Below are positions 1 to 10,505 of a stretch of 64,000 nt of DNA, piece by piece; positions within the stretch are counted from its first letter, which is position 1; the number at the start of each line of letters is the position of its first letter. The stretch is taken from the NCBI GenBank assembly GCA_963668645.2, contig CAXXWC010000021.1, forward strand, positions 736,001 through 800,000, given 5' to 3'. The position numbers were made by a program, and so were the translations under genes. This DNA comes from Desulfobacterales bacterium (GTDB lineage Bacteria; Desulfobacterota; Desulfobacteria; Desulfobacterales; UBA2174). Under the pieces are notes generated by a model, which had not been told where the DNA came from, ran no database searches, and saw only the letters and a list, made by a program, of their open reading frames with translations.

Positions 1-473
1 CCATTGGCGTGGTTCACCGTGGGGATTTTGCCCTCTTGTTGCATCCAGATTTCGATGAAGTCTTTGAAAGAGGAGAAGATTTCCTTTATCGTGACGTCCA
101 TCGCCTGGGGGTCCAGATCGATATCATACCTGCGGGTATCGATGGCCTGCACCCCGGCAAAATGGATCGAACAGCCCACCTTGGGGTAATCTGGATCTTC
201 AGGATCGCTGACCAGCCAGACATAAACACCCCCCGAAGGGCATTTCCATTTCTCGTCAATCGCCAGGCCGGGAGTCTTGTTGATCAGATAACCGGCCGAC
301 TCACTCTCTTCGATGTGGCGCCGGTTGCTCTGGCAGGAGACGGCCAGCGCGGTTACCCGCGAGGTCAGGTAATGCGGCAAGGCAATGGAAGCCAGCGCTC
401 CGATGATGGCCAACACCATCAGCACTTCCACAAGGGTGAATCCGCTCTCGAGGCCCCCGGCCCGATTTTTCAT
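1..473 (-). CDS. Type IV pilin / pseudopilin precursor (partial, runs off left edge)
   Basis: Not in the ORF track. Manual translation from ATG 473 gives MKNRAGGLESG|FTLVEVLMVLAIIGALASIALPHY, a class III signal peptide with G|F and E5. Later motifs SCQSN, CPSGGVY and GCSIH. ATGA overlap with the upstream gene stop. Confidence 0.9.
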   Translation of the reverse strand, partial: MKNRAGGLESGFTLVEVLMVLAIIGALASIALPHYLTSRVTALAVSCQSNRRHIEESESAGYLINKTPGLAIDEKWKCPSGGVYVWLVSDPEDPDYPKVGCSIHFAGVQAIDTRRYDIDLDPQAMDVTIKEIFSSFKDFIEIWMQQEGKIPTVNHAN

Positions 474-958
474 TTGATCAGCTCCGGCACCGGTCTTTTT
501 GAGCTGACCCATATCTGCCGGAAGCCATAAAGATCCGGTCTGGGACTTCGAACGACTACATCGTCTCCGATGGTCTCGACCACAAAAGGCTTTCCGCTGG
601 CCGGACAGAGCAAGTCGTTTCCCACCGGCCGGCCTTCCTGAAGCCGTTTGGAGACCTGCCACAAATTGGCGATGCACTGGTCGGTGCGTGCGTCGGTATC
701 GACCGCGCCCTTTCGTAGCGGTTTCCCGGTTTGATCCAGCGCGTCGGTCAGTTTGGGAAACTGATAACCGATGATGCCCAGGCAGGTGATCACAACCGCC
801 CATTGGATCATCACCTTGGCCGCCTTGCGTTTCTTTCTGCGAGCCGCCAGGGCCGTTTGATCTTCCAGGCGCTCAGCCTCCTGCCTCGCGAAATCCCTCA
901 GCGAATCCATGGCCACCTGGCGGGTGGACGTCGCTTCGGGATCCCTGGACTCTGTCAT
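470..958 (-). CDS. Single-TM membrane protein with pilin-like Cys-containing periplasmic domain
   Basis: Basic stretch RRKKRK, then a TM segment, then CIANL...CPASGKPF. Translationally coupled to the prepilin. Confidence 0.65.
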   Translation of the reverse strand: MTESRDPEATSTRQVAMDSLRDFARQEAERLEDQTALAARRKKRKAAKVMIQWAVVITCLGIIGYQFPKLTDALDQTGKPLRKGAVDTDARTDQCIANLWQVSKRLQEGRPVGNDLLCPASGKPFVVETIGDDVVVRSPRPDLYGFRQIWVSSKRPVPELIK

Positions 959-1175
959 CGACTCTCTCCTCTTTGGCCGAGCCTGGTCGCAACCGTCTGC
1001 TCGGCAGCCACACGCTTCACCCGACGGTGCATCACTCAGTGATAAAAACTTTTTCCCGGCTGCGTCGTCAGTCGTTTTTTTGACTTTTTATTGTTACAAT
1101 AATCGATAAGACCCGGTCAAGCTTCTCGGCTCAACAACCGCACGATGGAAAGCATCCCCATCCTCCCCGCTTCCC

Positions 1176-3560
1176 TCAATGCCCGGCCGCCCTGTTTGAC
1201 AGCGCCGCCGATTTTCCATCCTCCAGGGCCTCGCGCACCCGCGCAGCCAATTCCTCCCGGGAAAAAGGCTTCTGAACGAAATGCACGCCTGCATCGAGTA
1301 CCCCCCGATGGGCGATTACGTTAGCCGTGTAGCCCGACATAAACAGCACCCTGAGTTGCGGAAACAGGCCGCACAATCCCGCAGCCAGATCCCGGCCGCT
1401 CATTTCCGGCATCACGACATCGGTGATCAGCAGATGGATCTGCCCTTCGTGAGACTTGGCCAGATCCAGGGCCTCGCCAGGGGTCGCGGCGCCCACCACC
1501 CGGTAGCCCAGCGCATCAAGCATGCGCCGTGCCAGCTTGAGCACCGCAGGGTCATCCTCGACCAGCAGCACCGTCTCTCCGTGCCCAGGCTGTATCTGTG
1601 CCCGAGACATGGCCGTGTCCGGCTTCTCGACCGCCTCGGCATGGCGCGGCAGGTAGACCTTGAAGGTCGCTCCCCGGCCCGGCTCCGAGTACACGTTGAT
1701 AAACCCTTCATTCTGCCGGACTATTCCGTAGACCGTGGCCAGCCCCAGCCCGCTTCCTTTGCCCAGCCCCTTGGTGGTAAAAAAAGGCTCAAAAATCTGG
1801 TCCACGGTTTCCCGGTCCATCCCGCACCCGTCGTCGCTAACGGCCAGCATGATGAAGTCACCGGCCGTAAATCCGGCATGATCCTGGCAATAGCCCTCTT
1901 CAAAACGGACATTGGCCGTCTCGATGGTGACCTTTCCCACCCCGGCGATCGCATCCCGGGCGTTGACGCACAGGTTGGCCAGAATCTGGTCCACCTGGGT
2001 CGGATCGATCTTCACCGGCCCCAGGTCTCCGTCCGGCAGCCATTGCAGGTCGATATCCTCGCCGATCAACCGCCGCAGCATCTTGAGCATCCCCTCCACC
2101 GTATCGTTCAGATCCAACAGGCGCGGCGCTATGGTTTGTTTGCGTGCAAAGGCCAGCAACTGGCGCGTGATGTCGGCCGAACGCCGGGCCGCATCGTAAA
2201 TCTCCTTCAGGTCGGCATACAGCGGATCCGCTGTTTCGACCTTGTCCAAAGCCATCTCCGTGTATCCGAGGATTACGCCCAGCATGTTGTTGTAATCGTG
2301 GGCCACCCCGCCTGCCAACCGACCGACCGCCTCCAGCTTCTGGGACTGGAGGAGCTGATTTTCCAGAGTCCGGCGCCTGCGTTCGGATGATTCATGGGCG
2401 GCCTGCATGCGCAAAAAACCCAGAGCATAGCCCAAGTCGCCGGCCATCTCGGAAAACAGGCCGACTTCTTCGGCGTCCAGGGAAACATTGCGGTCCAGGG
2501 CCACGACGAGGTAGCCGAAGGTTGTCTCTCCGTGCACCAGGCGGGCCAACAGCGAGGGCCTGCCGGCACTGCTCCCGGCCAGAGGGCAATCGCCGCAGAT
2601 AGCGGCTTTATCGTCTGCGGTCAGTGTCAGCAAGGTGCGGTCCGGGCAGGTCCGGCAACAGGCCAACAATTCATCGCGATTACGAAAGTCTTCCAGGATC
2701 TGGCGGTCCGCCGCCAGACCGGCCGAGGCCCGGAAAACTGGCCGCTGGTTTTCATCAACCAGCACGATCAGCGATGAAGCGTAGCCTCGATTGTCCACCA
2801 GCAGCCGGCAGCCTTCCTGCACCAGCCGGTCCGGATCCTTTTCGCGCACGATCAGTTGATTGACGTCGCGAATGGCCCGAAGCACGTTGTTGAGGTGCAA
2901 AATCCGTTCTTCGGCCATTTTGCGATCGGTGACATCCTGAACCGTGACCAGCATTTTATCGATGGCACCGCAGACCTGGCGGGTGCACGAGACAGTCACA
3001 TGGGCGTGAATGAGCCCCCCGTCCTTCCTGAAAAACCGTGGCTCCGCCTCGTAAGCGTCGATTTCGCCCGACGCCACCATCCCGAACTTGGCAAGACTCG
3101 CTTCAAGATCGTCCGGATGGATCGTTTCGGTCCAGGAAATGTTCAACAGTTCCTGCGGCCCATAGCCCAGCATCCGGCAAAGCTTACCGTTCACGGCGAG
3201 CCATTGTTTTTCCGCTCCCACGATGGCCATGCCGATGTTGCCCTGGTTGAAAAATCCGGAAAAGGTCACCTCGCTCCTGCGCAGTTCACGCTGGGCCATA
3301 TTCTTGCGGTACAAAAACAGGCAAAGCAGCAGACCGCCCACAGCGGCGGTGAAAATAAAAGAAATCCGCACGAACAACGAATGCAAGGGAACCCTGGTAA
3401 CAAGCGATTGCCACAGGGTTTCAGGGCCTTCCAGGAGCATGAATTTCAGATTCTTGTAAAAAAACAGATACTCGAAATACCCGTCGGCGACCCAGAAAAA
3501 GAAGCCGAAAAGCAGTGCAAATCCCATGGTTTTCAGATATTCGGAATCGTGCCAGGACAT
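1176..3560 (-). CDS. Hybrid sensor histidine kinase (TM-PAS-GAF-HisKA-HATPase-REC)
   Basis: H-box GGVAHDYNNML, N-box NLCVNARDA, F-box FEPFFTTK, G2 GSGLGLA, C-terminal receiver LLITDVVMP. Confidence 0.93.
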   Translation of the reverse strand: MSWHDSEYLKTMGFALLFGFFFWVADGYFEYLFFYKNLKFMLLEGPETLWQSLVTRVPLHSLFVRISFIFTAAVGGLLLCLFLYRKNMAQRELRRSEVTFSGFFNQGNIGMAIVGAEKQWLAVNGKLCRMLGYGPQELLNISWTETIHPDDLEASLAKFGMVASGEIDAYEAEPRFFRKDGGLIHAHVTVSCTRQVCGAIDKMLVTVQDVTDRKMAEERILHLNNVLRAIRDVNQLIVREKDPDRLVQEGCRLLVDNRGYASSLIVLVDENQRPVFRASAGLAADRQILEDFRNRDELLACCRTCPDRTLLTLTADDKAAICGDCPLAGSSAGRPSLLARLVHGETTFGYLVVALDRNVSLDAEEVGLFSEMAGDLGYALGFLRMQAAHESSERRRRTLENQLLQSQKLEAVGRLAGGVAHDYNNMLGVILGYTEMALDKVETADPLYADLKEIYDAARRSADITRQLLAFARKQTIAPRLLDLNDTVEGMLKMLRRLIGEDIDLQWLPDGDLGPVKIDPTQVDQILANLCVNARDAIAGVGKVTIETANVRFEEGYCQDHAGFTAGDFIMLAVSDDGCGMDRETVDQIFEPFFTTKGLGKGSGLGLATVYGIVRQNEGFINVYSEPGRGATFKVYLPRHAEAVEKPDTAMSRAQIQPGHGETVLLVEDDPAVLKLARRMLDALGYRVVGAATPGEALDLAKSHEGQIHLLITDVVMPEMSGRDLAAGLCGLFPQLRVLFMSGYTANVIAHRGVLDAGVHFVQKPFSREELAARVREALEDGKSAALSNRAAGH

Positions 3561-3579
3561 TGCATCCCCTTTTCTGCAT

Positions 3580-4749
3580 TCATTTCATCTGCTTGTCATC
3601 AATGGTCTCGTAGATCAAGTCGGCGACTCGCTTCACGTTGGGTGGAATCGTGTAGCCGATCCGCCTGGCCACCTCCAGGTTGACCGCCAGCTTTAACGGC
3701 TCCTGATAGATCTGAGGCAGGTCCCGGGGTTTTGCGCCGTTGAAAATGGCAGCCATGGTGCCGGCGTAAAAATCTCCCAGGGGCTGGTAATCTTCTCTGG
3801 CGATGCCCATCAGCACGCCGCGCGTGACCAGTGTCGGCCCGCGCGTGACGGTAAAAACGGGTACGCCTTTTTCCAGCAGCGGATCGATCAGCCGCGGGAA
3901 CTCGCCCGGGTGCAGGCCGCGATGGTCAGAGACGATCAGGGCATCAATCTGCGGCGCCAGTCGATCGATGCAGCGGGCCGCATTCTCAATGGCCGCTTCC
4001 ACGGAAAGGCCGGTTTCGGGCGCCTGGCAACCAACCACTGTAAAGCCCCGCTCCACGGCGACCTGTTGGACAGATGGCAAGTTGGCGTACAGCCGTCCCT
4101 CCGGCGTGTCCTCGTAGATGACCCCCAAACGGCCGAATCCCAGAATATCGTGAAACAGGCGCAACCGCCGCTCACTGCGGGTCGGATCGCACCAGGCTAT
4201 TACATTGTCCTTGCCCGAATCGCTCGCGCTGCGGACGATCTTCGCGCCGATCGGATCACTGCACGACATGACAATGACCGGGATCCGATCCAGCATGGAC
4301 ACCAGATCCTGGCCGGCCCAGGTGCCCATGCCGATGAATAGATCGATGTCTGCCGCGGTCTGAATACGCCGCTGGATCTGCTCTCTGATCTGTTCTCTTC
4401 GGTCCTTCTGCCATTGCGACGACCAGTAGCCGTCGCCGACAAACTCGATATACTCGCTGCGGGCGGTGCCGGCCAACCAGGTCCACAACCTCTGGGTATC
4501 TTCGAGGTCCGGGAATCGGGGAATATCGGCCGGCGACATCCAGCCCAGGGTCATCAGACCCTGCACCGTGGCCCTCAGGCTGCCTTGATAATTCAAAAAG
4601 GGTCCGCCTTCTAGATAGGCGACGCGCCATTTCTTGGCGTTGTTGAGTTTTGGGGACAGGCCGGCGGCCATGGCGACAACTGCCGCGGCCATCCCGAAAA
4701 GCGCCGCCAAGGTCAGCAGACCCAGCTTTCGATGAAGACCCGAGTTCAT
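3580..4749 (-). CDS. Periplasmic ABC-type substrate-binding family protein
   Basis: Signal peptide from MNSGLHRK (RBS AAGGAGGAG). SDPIGAKIV and LAVNLEVARRIGYTIP motifs typical of the ABC_sub_bind family. Confidence 0.8.
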   Translation of the reverse strand: MNSGLHRKLGLLTLAALFGMAAAVVAMAAGLSPKLNNAKKWRVAYLEGGPFLNYQGSLRATVQGLMTLGWMSPADIPRFPDLEDTQRLWTWLAGTARSEYIEFVGDGYWSSQWQKDRREQIREQIQRRIQTAADIDLFIGMGTWAGQDLVSMLDRIPVIVMSCSDPIGAKIVRSASDSGKDNVIAWCDPTRSERRLRLFHDILGFGRLGVIYEDTPEGRLYANLPSVQQVAVERGFTVVGCQAPETGLSVEAAIENAARCIDRLAPQIDALIVSDHRGLHPGEFPRLIDPLLEKGVPVFTVTRGPTLVTRGVLMGIAREDYQPLGDFYAGTMAAIFNGAKPRDLPQIYQEPLKLAVNLEVARRIGYTIPPNVKRVADLIYETIDDKQMK

Positions 4750-4805
4750 TCTCTCCTCCTTTTTACAGTGTTCATCGAGGCGCTTCTGGCGGCGCCGTCC
4801 GGCCC

Positions 4806-7800
4806 TCAATCTGCCAGGGCCTGACGCACACGCATGGCCAATTCCCCGCGCGAAAAAGGCTTTTCCATGAAATGTACCCTGGGGTCCAGAACGCCATGGT
4901 GGGCGATGATGCTGGCCGTATAGCCCGACATGAACAGCACCTTCAGTTCAGGATAGGTTTGGTGCAGCCGCGCCGCGAGGTCCCGCCCGTTCATCTCGGG
5001 CATCACCACATCGGTGATCAGCAGATTCATCCTGCCCCCATGGGCCTCGGCCAGGCGGATCGCCTCGGTCGGATCGCCGGCTGTCAACACCTTATATCCC
5101 AACCCTTCGAGCACCAGCCGCGCCAGTTTGAGCACCGATGCTTCGTCTTCCACCACCAGGATCGTCTCACCGCTGCCGGTGGCCGCCGGAACGGCCGGTG
5201 AAATCTCACCCACCTCGACCTTCTCGGCGTGCCGCGGCAGGTAGATTTTGAAGGTTGTACCCATGCCTATCTCACTGTAAACGTTTATAAATCCATCGTT
5301 CTGTTTTACGATCCCGTACACCGTGGCCAACCCCAAGCCCGTGCCCCGTCCCATCTCCTTGGTGGTGAAAAACGGCTCGAACAGGTTGGCCAGTGTCTCC
5401 TGGTCCATCCCCCGACCGTTGTCGCTCACCGCCAGCAGTACATATTCACCGGGCAGAAAATCGGTATGGTCCGCGCAGTAGCTCGAGTCAAAGCACACGT
5501 TGCCCGTTTCGATGCCCACCTTACCCGCCCCGCCGATGGCGTCGCGGGCGTTGAGACACAGATTGGCCAGGATCTGGTCCACCTGGCTCGGATCCATCTT
5601 CACCTGCCACAAGCTCCCCTCCGGCCGCCAGTGGAGGTCGATGTCCTCGCCTATCAACCGCCGCAGCATCCTTAGCATCCCCTCCACCGTGTCGTTCAGA
5701 TCCAGCACATGGGGAGTGATCGTCTGTCTGCGCGCAAAGGCCAACAACTGGCGCGTGATGTCGGCCGAGCGGCGCGCCGCGCCGAGAATCTCGTCCAGGT
5801 CTTCCACCAGCGGATCATCCGCCGCGATCTTCTGCTTGGCCATCTCGGCATAGCCCAGAATCACGCCCAGCATGTTGTTGAAATCATGGGCCACCCCGCC
5901 GGCCAGGCGGCCCACGGTCTCCATCTTCTGGGCCTGGCTGAGTTCGGCCTCCAGGCGCTTGCGTTCCGTAATGTCACGCAGATTACACTGTATCACCTTG
6001 GAATGATCCACCAGGTAGACTTTGCTCGCAAATTCAACCGTTACGATCCGGCCGTCGGCGGTTTCCATCGGCAAATCGTCGCGATGGTGACATTCATTGT
6101 CCCTGAGCGCCCTGAAAGCGCTGTGAGTTGAAGCGATGCCCTTAAACGAACCGGTTTCCCACAAACGCCTTCCCAGGAATGTCTCCCGAGAACAACCGAG
6201 CATCTGGGACAAAGACAGGTTGACATCAATCACCTTTCCCGTCTCAGCCTCTACAATCAGAATGCCGTCCATTGCGGATTCAAAAAGCCCCCGATAGCGC
6301 TTCTCCGAATCCTGCATGGATTCTTGAGCCCTTTTGTGCCCGACAATCTCCCATGTCACGTCGGAAAGGAAGGCAACCGTCTCCAGGTCATCTCGGTTAT
6401 AATCGACCGGTTTGTTGCCCACGCCCAGAATGGCGACCACCTGGTCTTTGCGCATGACGGGAACCACCAACTCGCGAACAATTTCGGCATGTCCCTCTGG
6501 CATTCCCCGCTTGTGTTGCAACGCGGCATAGTCGTTGTGAATAACCGGCTTTTTCCACCTGGCCGAGTCCGCCCAGACGCCGGCCTGTTCAAAAGGATAG
6601 TGCAGTCCCTTTCCTGCGACTCTACAAAATTCGGCCGACGTGCGCGTCGACCACTGTTGCAGGGAAAGGGTTTTCTGGTCAGCCTGCACAAAATGATAAA
6701 ATCCGATGGGGCTTTGCGCCAGGGCACAGATTTCATCCAAAGCCTTGACCATCAGCTCGTCCAACCTGTGCGTGGCGCTATATTCGATCAAGGCCAGACG
6801 CGTGTCGGCCATGCGCGCTTTTTGCCGCTGGACGGTCTGGTCACGGAACACCAGCACCACCCCGGTGACGTCATTATTCTCGTTGCGGATGGGCGCCCCC
6901 GAATCGGCGATGGGCCGCCGCATACCGTCTCTTGCGACGAGCAGTGTGTGGTTGCTCATGCCGACCACGCCCCCCTCGCCGAGCACCGTGGCAACTGGGT
7001 CCGGCGCCTTTTCCCCCGTGCTCTCGTCAACAAGGGGGAAAACGACTCCCAGCGGGTTGCCGCGTGCCTCGGCGTCCGACCAGCCGGTGAGGGCCTCGGC
7101 CACAGGATTGAGCAGCTCGACGTTTCCTCGCACATCGGTGACGATCACCCCATCGCCGATGGCCTTCAAGGTGACGCTGTGCCGCTCCACGCTGGCACGC
7201 AGTGACGCCTCGGAAAGGTAAAGTGCCCGGAAGTGGGACTTCTGTTCGCGCTGCCACAAAACCAGCCCGGCTGTTGCGATGAAAATCGTCACGCCTAAAA
7301 AAAGCGCCAACAGCAGGATCGATCGGAAGCGCCAATCGGCGAAGACCTCGGCCGCATCCACCTTGGCTACCATGAACCAGGGCGAATCGGGGATGGGCAA
7401 GAGGACGGCCACCACCTCAATCCCGCGGTAGTCCCGGCCCTCGACCAAGCCCTGCCAGCCGAAAACGGCCATGACGGCAGGGACATCCTTGCGGACCAAA
7501 GGGATACGCAGCTTCAGCGCCGCGTCCGGCTGATGCCGCAGGGGGTTGAGAAACAGCACATCCTCTCCGTCTCGCCGGACCAGGAGGGTTTCCGCGGTTT
7601 CACTGGGCGTGGGCCAGGACTGGATCAGGGGAAAAAGGAAGTCGGAGGCGTCACTGACCAGAACGAGCGCACCGAGCGGCTTCGCGGCTGGATCGCCGCC
7701 TTCGAAAAGCGGTGTCACAATGCTCAAATGCGGAGAGGCTGCCTTGGTGCCAGTATGCAAATCGATGAGGATGGGGCGCCGTTCGCGCAAAACTGCCGGC

Positions 7801-8222
7801 AAGGCTGATACAAACGCGTTGTAATTATAGACGTCTCCCGTAAGGCTGACGCGAACCCGTCCTTCGGGGTCCACCAGAAGGATGTCTGTGTAATCGTGCT
7901 GTTTGGCCCGGTCACGAAAGCGGGCACGCAAGTGTTGGCCTTCGATGCCGTCCGGGGCGGATAGAAAACCGATTACATTTTGAACGAGGAAGATGTTCTC
8001 GGCCAGGGCAACGGCGTCCGCCAGTTGATCCGCCCGCCAGGCGGCGATCTGGTTGGCCTTGAGCCTCGCGATGGCGCTCAGATCCTCTTCGACCTTGCCG
8101 CGCATGGTTCGCTCCTGAAAGCGGTAGAACGATACGCCGCCGGCCAGCAGGAGCATCAGCAACGGTGCCAGCACGATCATCGGCCAGCGAACAATCGGTT
8201 TGGATGCAGTATTCACTGGCAT
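4806..8222 (-). CDS. Hybrid sensor histidine kinase (Cache-like-PAS-GAF-PAS-HK-REC)
   Basis: Two TMs flank a periplasmic domain (DYRG..V motif). PAS IGDGVIVTD, GAF, H-box AHDFNNML, receiver. Confidence 0.93.
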   Translation of the reverse strand: MPVNTASKPIVRWPMIVLAPLLMLLLAGGVSFYRFQERTMRGKVEEDLSAIARLKANQIAAWRADQLADAVALAENIFLVQNVIGFLSAPDGIEGQHLRARFRDRAKQHDYTDILLVDPEGRVRVSLTGDVYNYNAFVSALPAVLRERRPILIDLHTGTKAASPHLSIVTPLFEGGDPAAKPLGALVLVSDASDFLFPLIQSWPTPSETAETLLVRRDGEDVLFLNPLRHQPDAALKLRIPLVRKDVPAVMAVFGWQGLVEGRDYRGIEVVAVLLPIPDSPWFMVAKVDAAEVFADWRFRSILLLALFLGVTIFIATAGLVLWQREQKSHFRALYLSEASLRASVERHSVTLKAIGDGVIVTDVRGNVELLNPVAEALTGWSDAEARGNPLGVVFPLVDESTGEKAPDPVATVLGEGGVVGMSNHTLLVARDGMRRPIADSGAPIRNENNDVTGVVLVFRDQTVQRQKARMADTRLALIEYSATHRLDELMVKALDEICALAQSPIGFYHFVQADQKTLSLQQWSTRTSAEFCRVAGKGLHYPFEQAGVWADSARWKKPVIHNDYAALQHKRGMPEGHAEIVRELVVPVMRKDQVVAILGVGNKPVDYNRDDLETVAFLSDVTWEIVGHKRAQESMQDSEKRYRGLFESAMDGILIVEAETGKVIDVNLSLSQMLGCSRETFLGRRLWETGSFKGIASTHSAFRALRDNECHHRDDLPMETADGRIVTVEFASKVYLVDHSKVIQCNLRDITERKRLEAELSQAQKMETVGRLAGGVAHDFNNMLGVILGYAEMAKQKIAADDPLVEDLDEILGAARRSADITRQLLAFARRQTITPHVLDLNDTVEGMLRMLRRLIGEDIDLHWRPEGSLWQVKMDPSQVDQILANLCLNARDAIGGAGKVGIETGNVCFDSSYCADHTDFLPGEYVLLAVSDNGRGMDQETLANLFEPFFTTKEMGRGTGLGLATVYGIVKQNDGFINVYSEIGMGTTFKIYLPRHAEKVEVGEISPAVPAATGSGETILVVEDEASVLKLARLVLEGLGYKVLTAGDPTEAIRLAEAHGGRMNLLITDVVMPEMNGRDLAARLHQTYPELKVLFMSGYTASIIAHHGVLDPRVHFMEKPFSRGELAMRVRQALAD

Positions 8223-8385
8223 TCACCTCTGATGTTGCGCCAAGGTCTACTGTGCTTGCACCTTGTATTACGATTATAGAGACCGTCGGCAACCATAGGC
8301 CCGTGGCCTCCCTTGGCTTCTCGGTGGTGAAAACGGACTGTGGCGCATTCAATGCATAAAACCACCGCCTGACGGACCGCCTCGG

Positions 8386-10437
8386 CTAGTTCAGCACTTC
8401 AGCCACTTTCTGCGCCAGTTCGCGGCGCGAAAACGGTTTTTGAATAAAATGGATGCCATGGTCCAAGACGCCACGATGTGCGATGGCTTCAATCGTATAG
8501 CCGGACATGAAAAGGATCTTGATCTTCGGCCGTTGGCCGCGCAGCCGCTCGGCAAGATCCTTGCCGTTCATGTCCGGCATTACCAGATCACTGATCAGCA
8601 GGCGGATCTCGCCCTCGTGGGCCGCGGCCAACGCCAGGGCTTCGGTGCCGCCTTCGGCGGTGAGCACCCGGTAGCCCAGACTCTCGAGCATCATCCGGCC
8701 GAGCTTCAGCATGGCGACCTCATCTTCAACCAGCAGCACTGTTTCTCCGCTGCCCAGAGGCGCTTCAATTACGGGCTGAACCCCGGCAGGTGCGTCTTGG
8801 CCCGTGTGCCGGGGCAAATAGACCTTGAAGGTTGTCCCCTGTCCCGGCTCGCTGTAGACGTTGATAAAGCCATCGTTCTGTTTGACGATGCCGAAAACCG
8901 TGGCCAGTCCCAGGCCGGTCCCTTTGCCCGCCGGCTTGGTGGTGAAAAACGGCTCGAAAAGCTTCCCCAACGTCTCATGGTCCATGCCACAACCATCGTC
9001 GCTCACCGCCAGCCGAACGAAGTCGCCCGGCACAAAACCCGCGTGGTGGTCGCAATAGGCCCGATTGAAAGCCATGTTGCCGGTTTCAATGGTGATTTTA
9101 CCAACGCCTTGAATGGCGTCCCGGGCGTTGACGCAAAGGTTGGCCAGAATCTGGTCGATCTGGACCGGATCCATCATCACCGGCCACAACTCTGACTGCG
9201 GCTGCCAGCACAGATCGATGTCCTCGCCGATCAGCCGGCCTAACATTTTGAGCATGTCATCCACCGTATGGTTCAAATTGATGACCTGGGGACTGATGAC
9301 CTGCTGGCGGGCAAAAGCCAGCAGTTGGCGCGTAATCCCGGCCGAACGGTGGGCCGCGGCCAGGATTTCATCCAGGTCGCCGAAAAGCGGATGGCCCGGG
9401 TCTACCTTTTCCATGGCCAACTCCGCGTACCCGATGATCACGCCGAGCATGTTGTTGAAATCGTGGGCCACCCCGCCGGCCAGACGCCCCACAGACTCCA
9501 TCTTCTGGGACTGAAGCAACTGGGCTTGCAGTTTTTCGCGCTCCGCCTCGTTGCGTTTGCGTTCGCCGATGTCCAATACGATTCCTTCGTAACATTGAAT
9601 CGAACCGTCCTCGCCGCGGCAAACCCTTGCACTGTTGGAAACCCACAGCGGGACGCCGTCCTTGCGCCGCGCCTCGAACTCGAAATTTTCGACGTATCCC
9701 TGTTTTTCGAGAATCTGCTGAAAACGCTGCCGATCCTCGACATGGGCCCAGTACTGGGTGTCGATATCGGTAACACTCGAAAGCAATTCCTCCACCGTGC
9801 CATACCCCAGCATGCGCACGAAAGTGGGATTGACGTTGAGGAAACGCCCCTCAGGGGTACTTTGAAAGATCCCGACCATCGAGTTTTCAAAAAACCTGCG
9901 GTATTTCTCCTTGCTTTTCCACAGCGATGATTCGACCGCCCGCCGGGCCTCGATCTCACGTTCGGCCTGGAGCATTTTTTGCTCCAGTTTGCGCACCAGC
10001 CGCTCGTTGTAAAGTTGGAGCACCTCCTCTTCGGGGGTCGTCCCTCCTGCCCGGGTGTCGCAGCACCTTTTTGCATCGGCCGTCACCTCCTTGACCGCCG
10101 CCATAAAAACCTCAGGTTCGCAAGGCTTCTGGATGAAACGGTCCGCACCGATCTTCAACGCGAACTCCTCGTCCTTGGATCCGGTGTAAGTCGCCGTGTA
10201 GACGATGAACGGAATGTGGCGCAGGGCATCGTCCGTCTTGACCTTGCGGCACAGTTGGAACCCGTCCATGACCGGCATCAGAATGTCGCTGACGATCAGT
10301 TCGATCCCCCCGGCCTGAAGGATCTCAAGGGCCTCGGCGCCGTTGGCGGCCGATTGCACCGTGTGTCCCCCGGTCTTGAGAAGGGTTTGGAGCAGATAGC
10401 GATTGTCTTCGTGATCATCAACGATGAGGATGTTCAT
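8386..10437 (-). CDS. Soluble hybrid histidine kinase (REC-PAS-HK-REC)
   Basis: N-terminal receiver ILIVDD...SDILMP, PAS, H-box AHDFNNML, C-terminal receiver. Confidence 0.93.
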   Translation of the reverse strand: MNILIVDDHEDNRYLLQTLLKTGGHTVQSAANGAEALEILQAGGIELIVSDILMPVMDGFQLCRKVKTDDALRHIPFIVYTATYTGSKDEEFALKIGADRFIQKPCEPEVFMAAVKEVTADAKRCCDTRAGGTTPEEEVLQLYNERLVRKLEQKMLQAEREIEARRAVESSLWKSKEKYRRFFENSMVGIFQSTPEGRFLNVNPTFVRMLGYGTVEELLSSVTDIDTQYWAHVEDRQRFQQILEKQGYVENFEFEARRKDGVPLWVSNSARVCRGEDGSIQCYEGIVLDIGERKRNEAEREKLQAQLLQSQKMESVGRLAGGVAHDFNNMLGVIIGYAELAMEKVDPGHPLFGDLDEILAAAHRSAGITRQLLAFARQQVISPQVINLNHTVDDMLKMLGRLIGEDIDLCWQPQSELWPVMMDPVQIDQILANLCVNARDAIQGVGKITIETGNMAFNRAYCDHHAGFVPGDFVRLAVSDDGCGMDHETLGKLFEPFFTTKPAGKGTGLGLATVFGIVKQNDGFINVYSEPGQGTTFKVYLPRHTGQDAPAGVQPVIEAPLGSGETVLLVEDEVAMLKLGRMMLESLGYRVLTAEGGTEALALAAAHEGEIRLLISDLVMPDMNGKDLAERLRGQRPKIKILFMSGYTIEAIAHRGVLDHGIHFIQKPFSRRELAQKVAEVLN

Positions 10438-10505
10438 TATCTTACCCCCGCATTATTGATCGTTGGCGATTTTTTGATTGTTGATATTCTGTTGACCATC
10501 GCCAG

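Noticed and set aside
8341..8356. TGGCGCATTCAATGCA sigma-54-like element
   Set aside because: GG-N10-GC spacing is correct, but it points antisense into the 3' end of a kinase gene with no target ORF.
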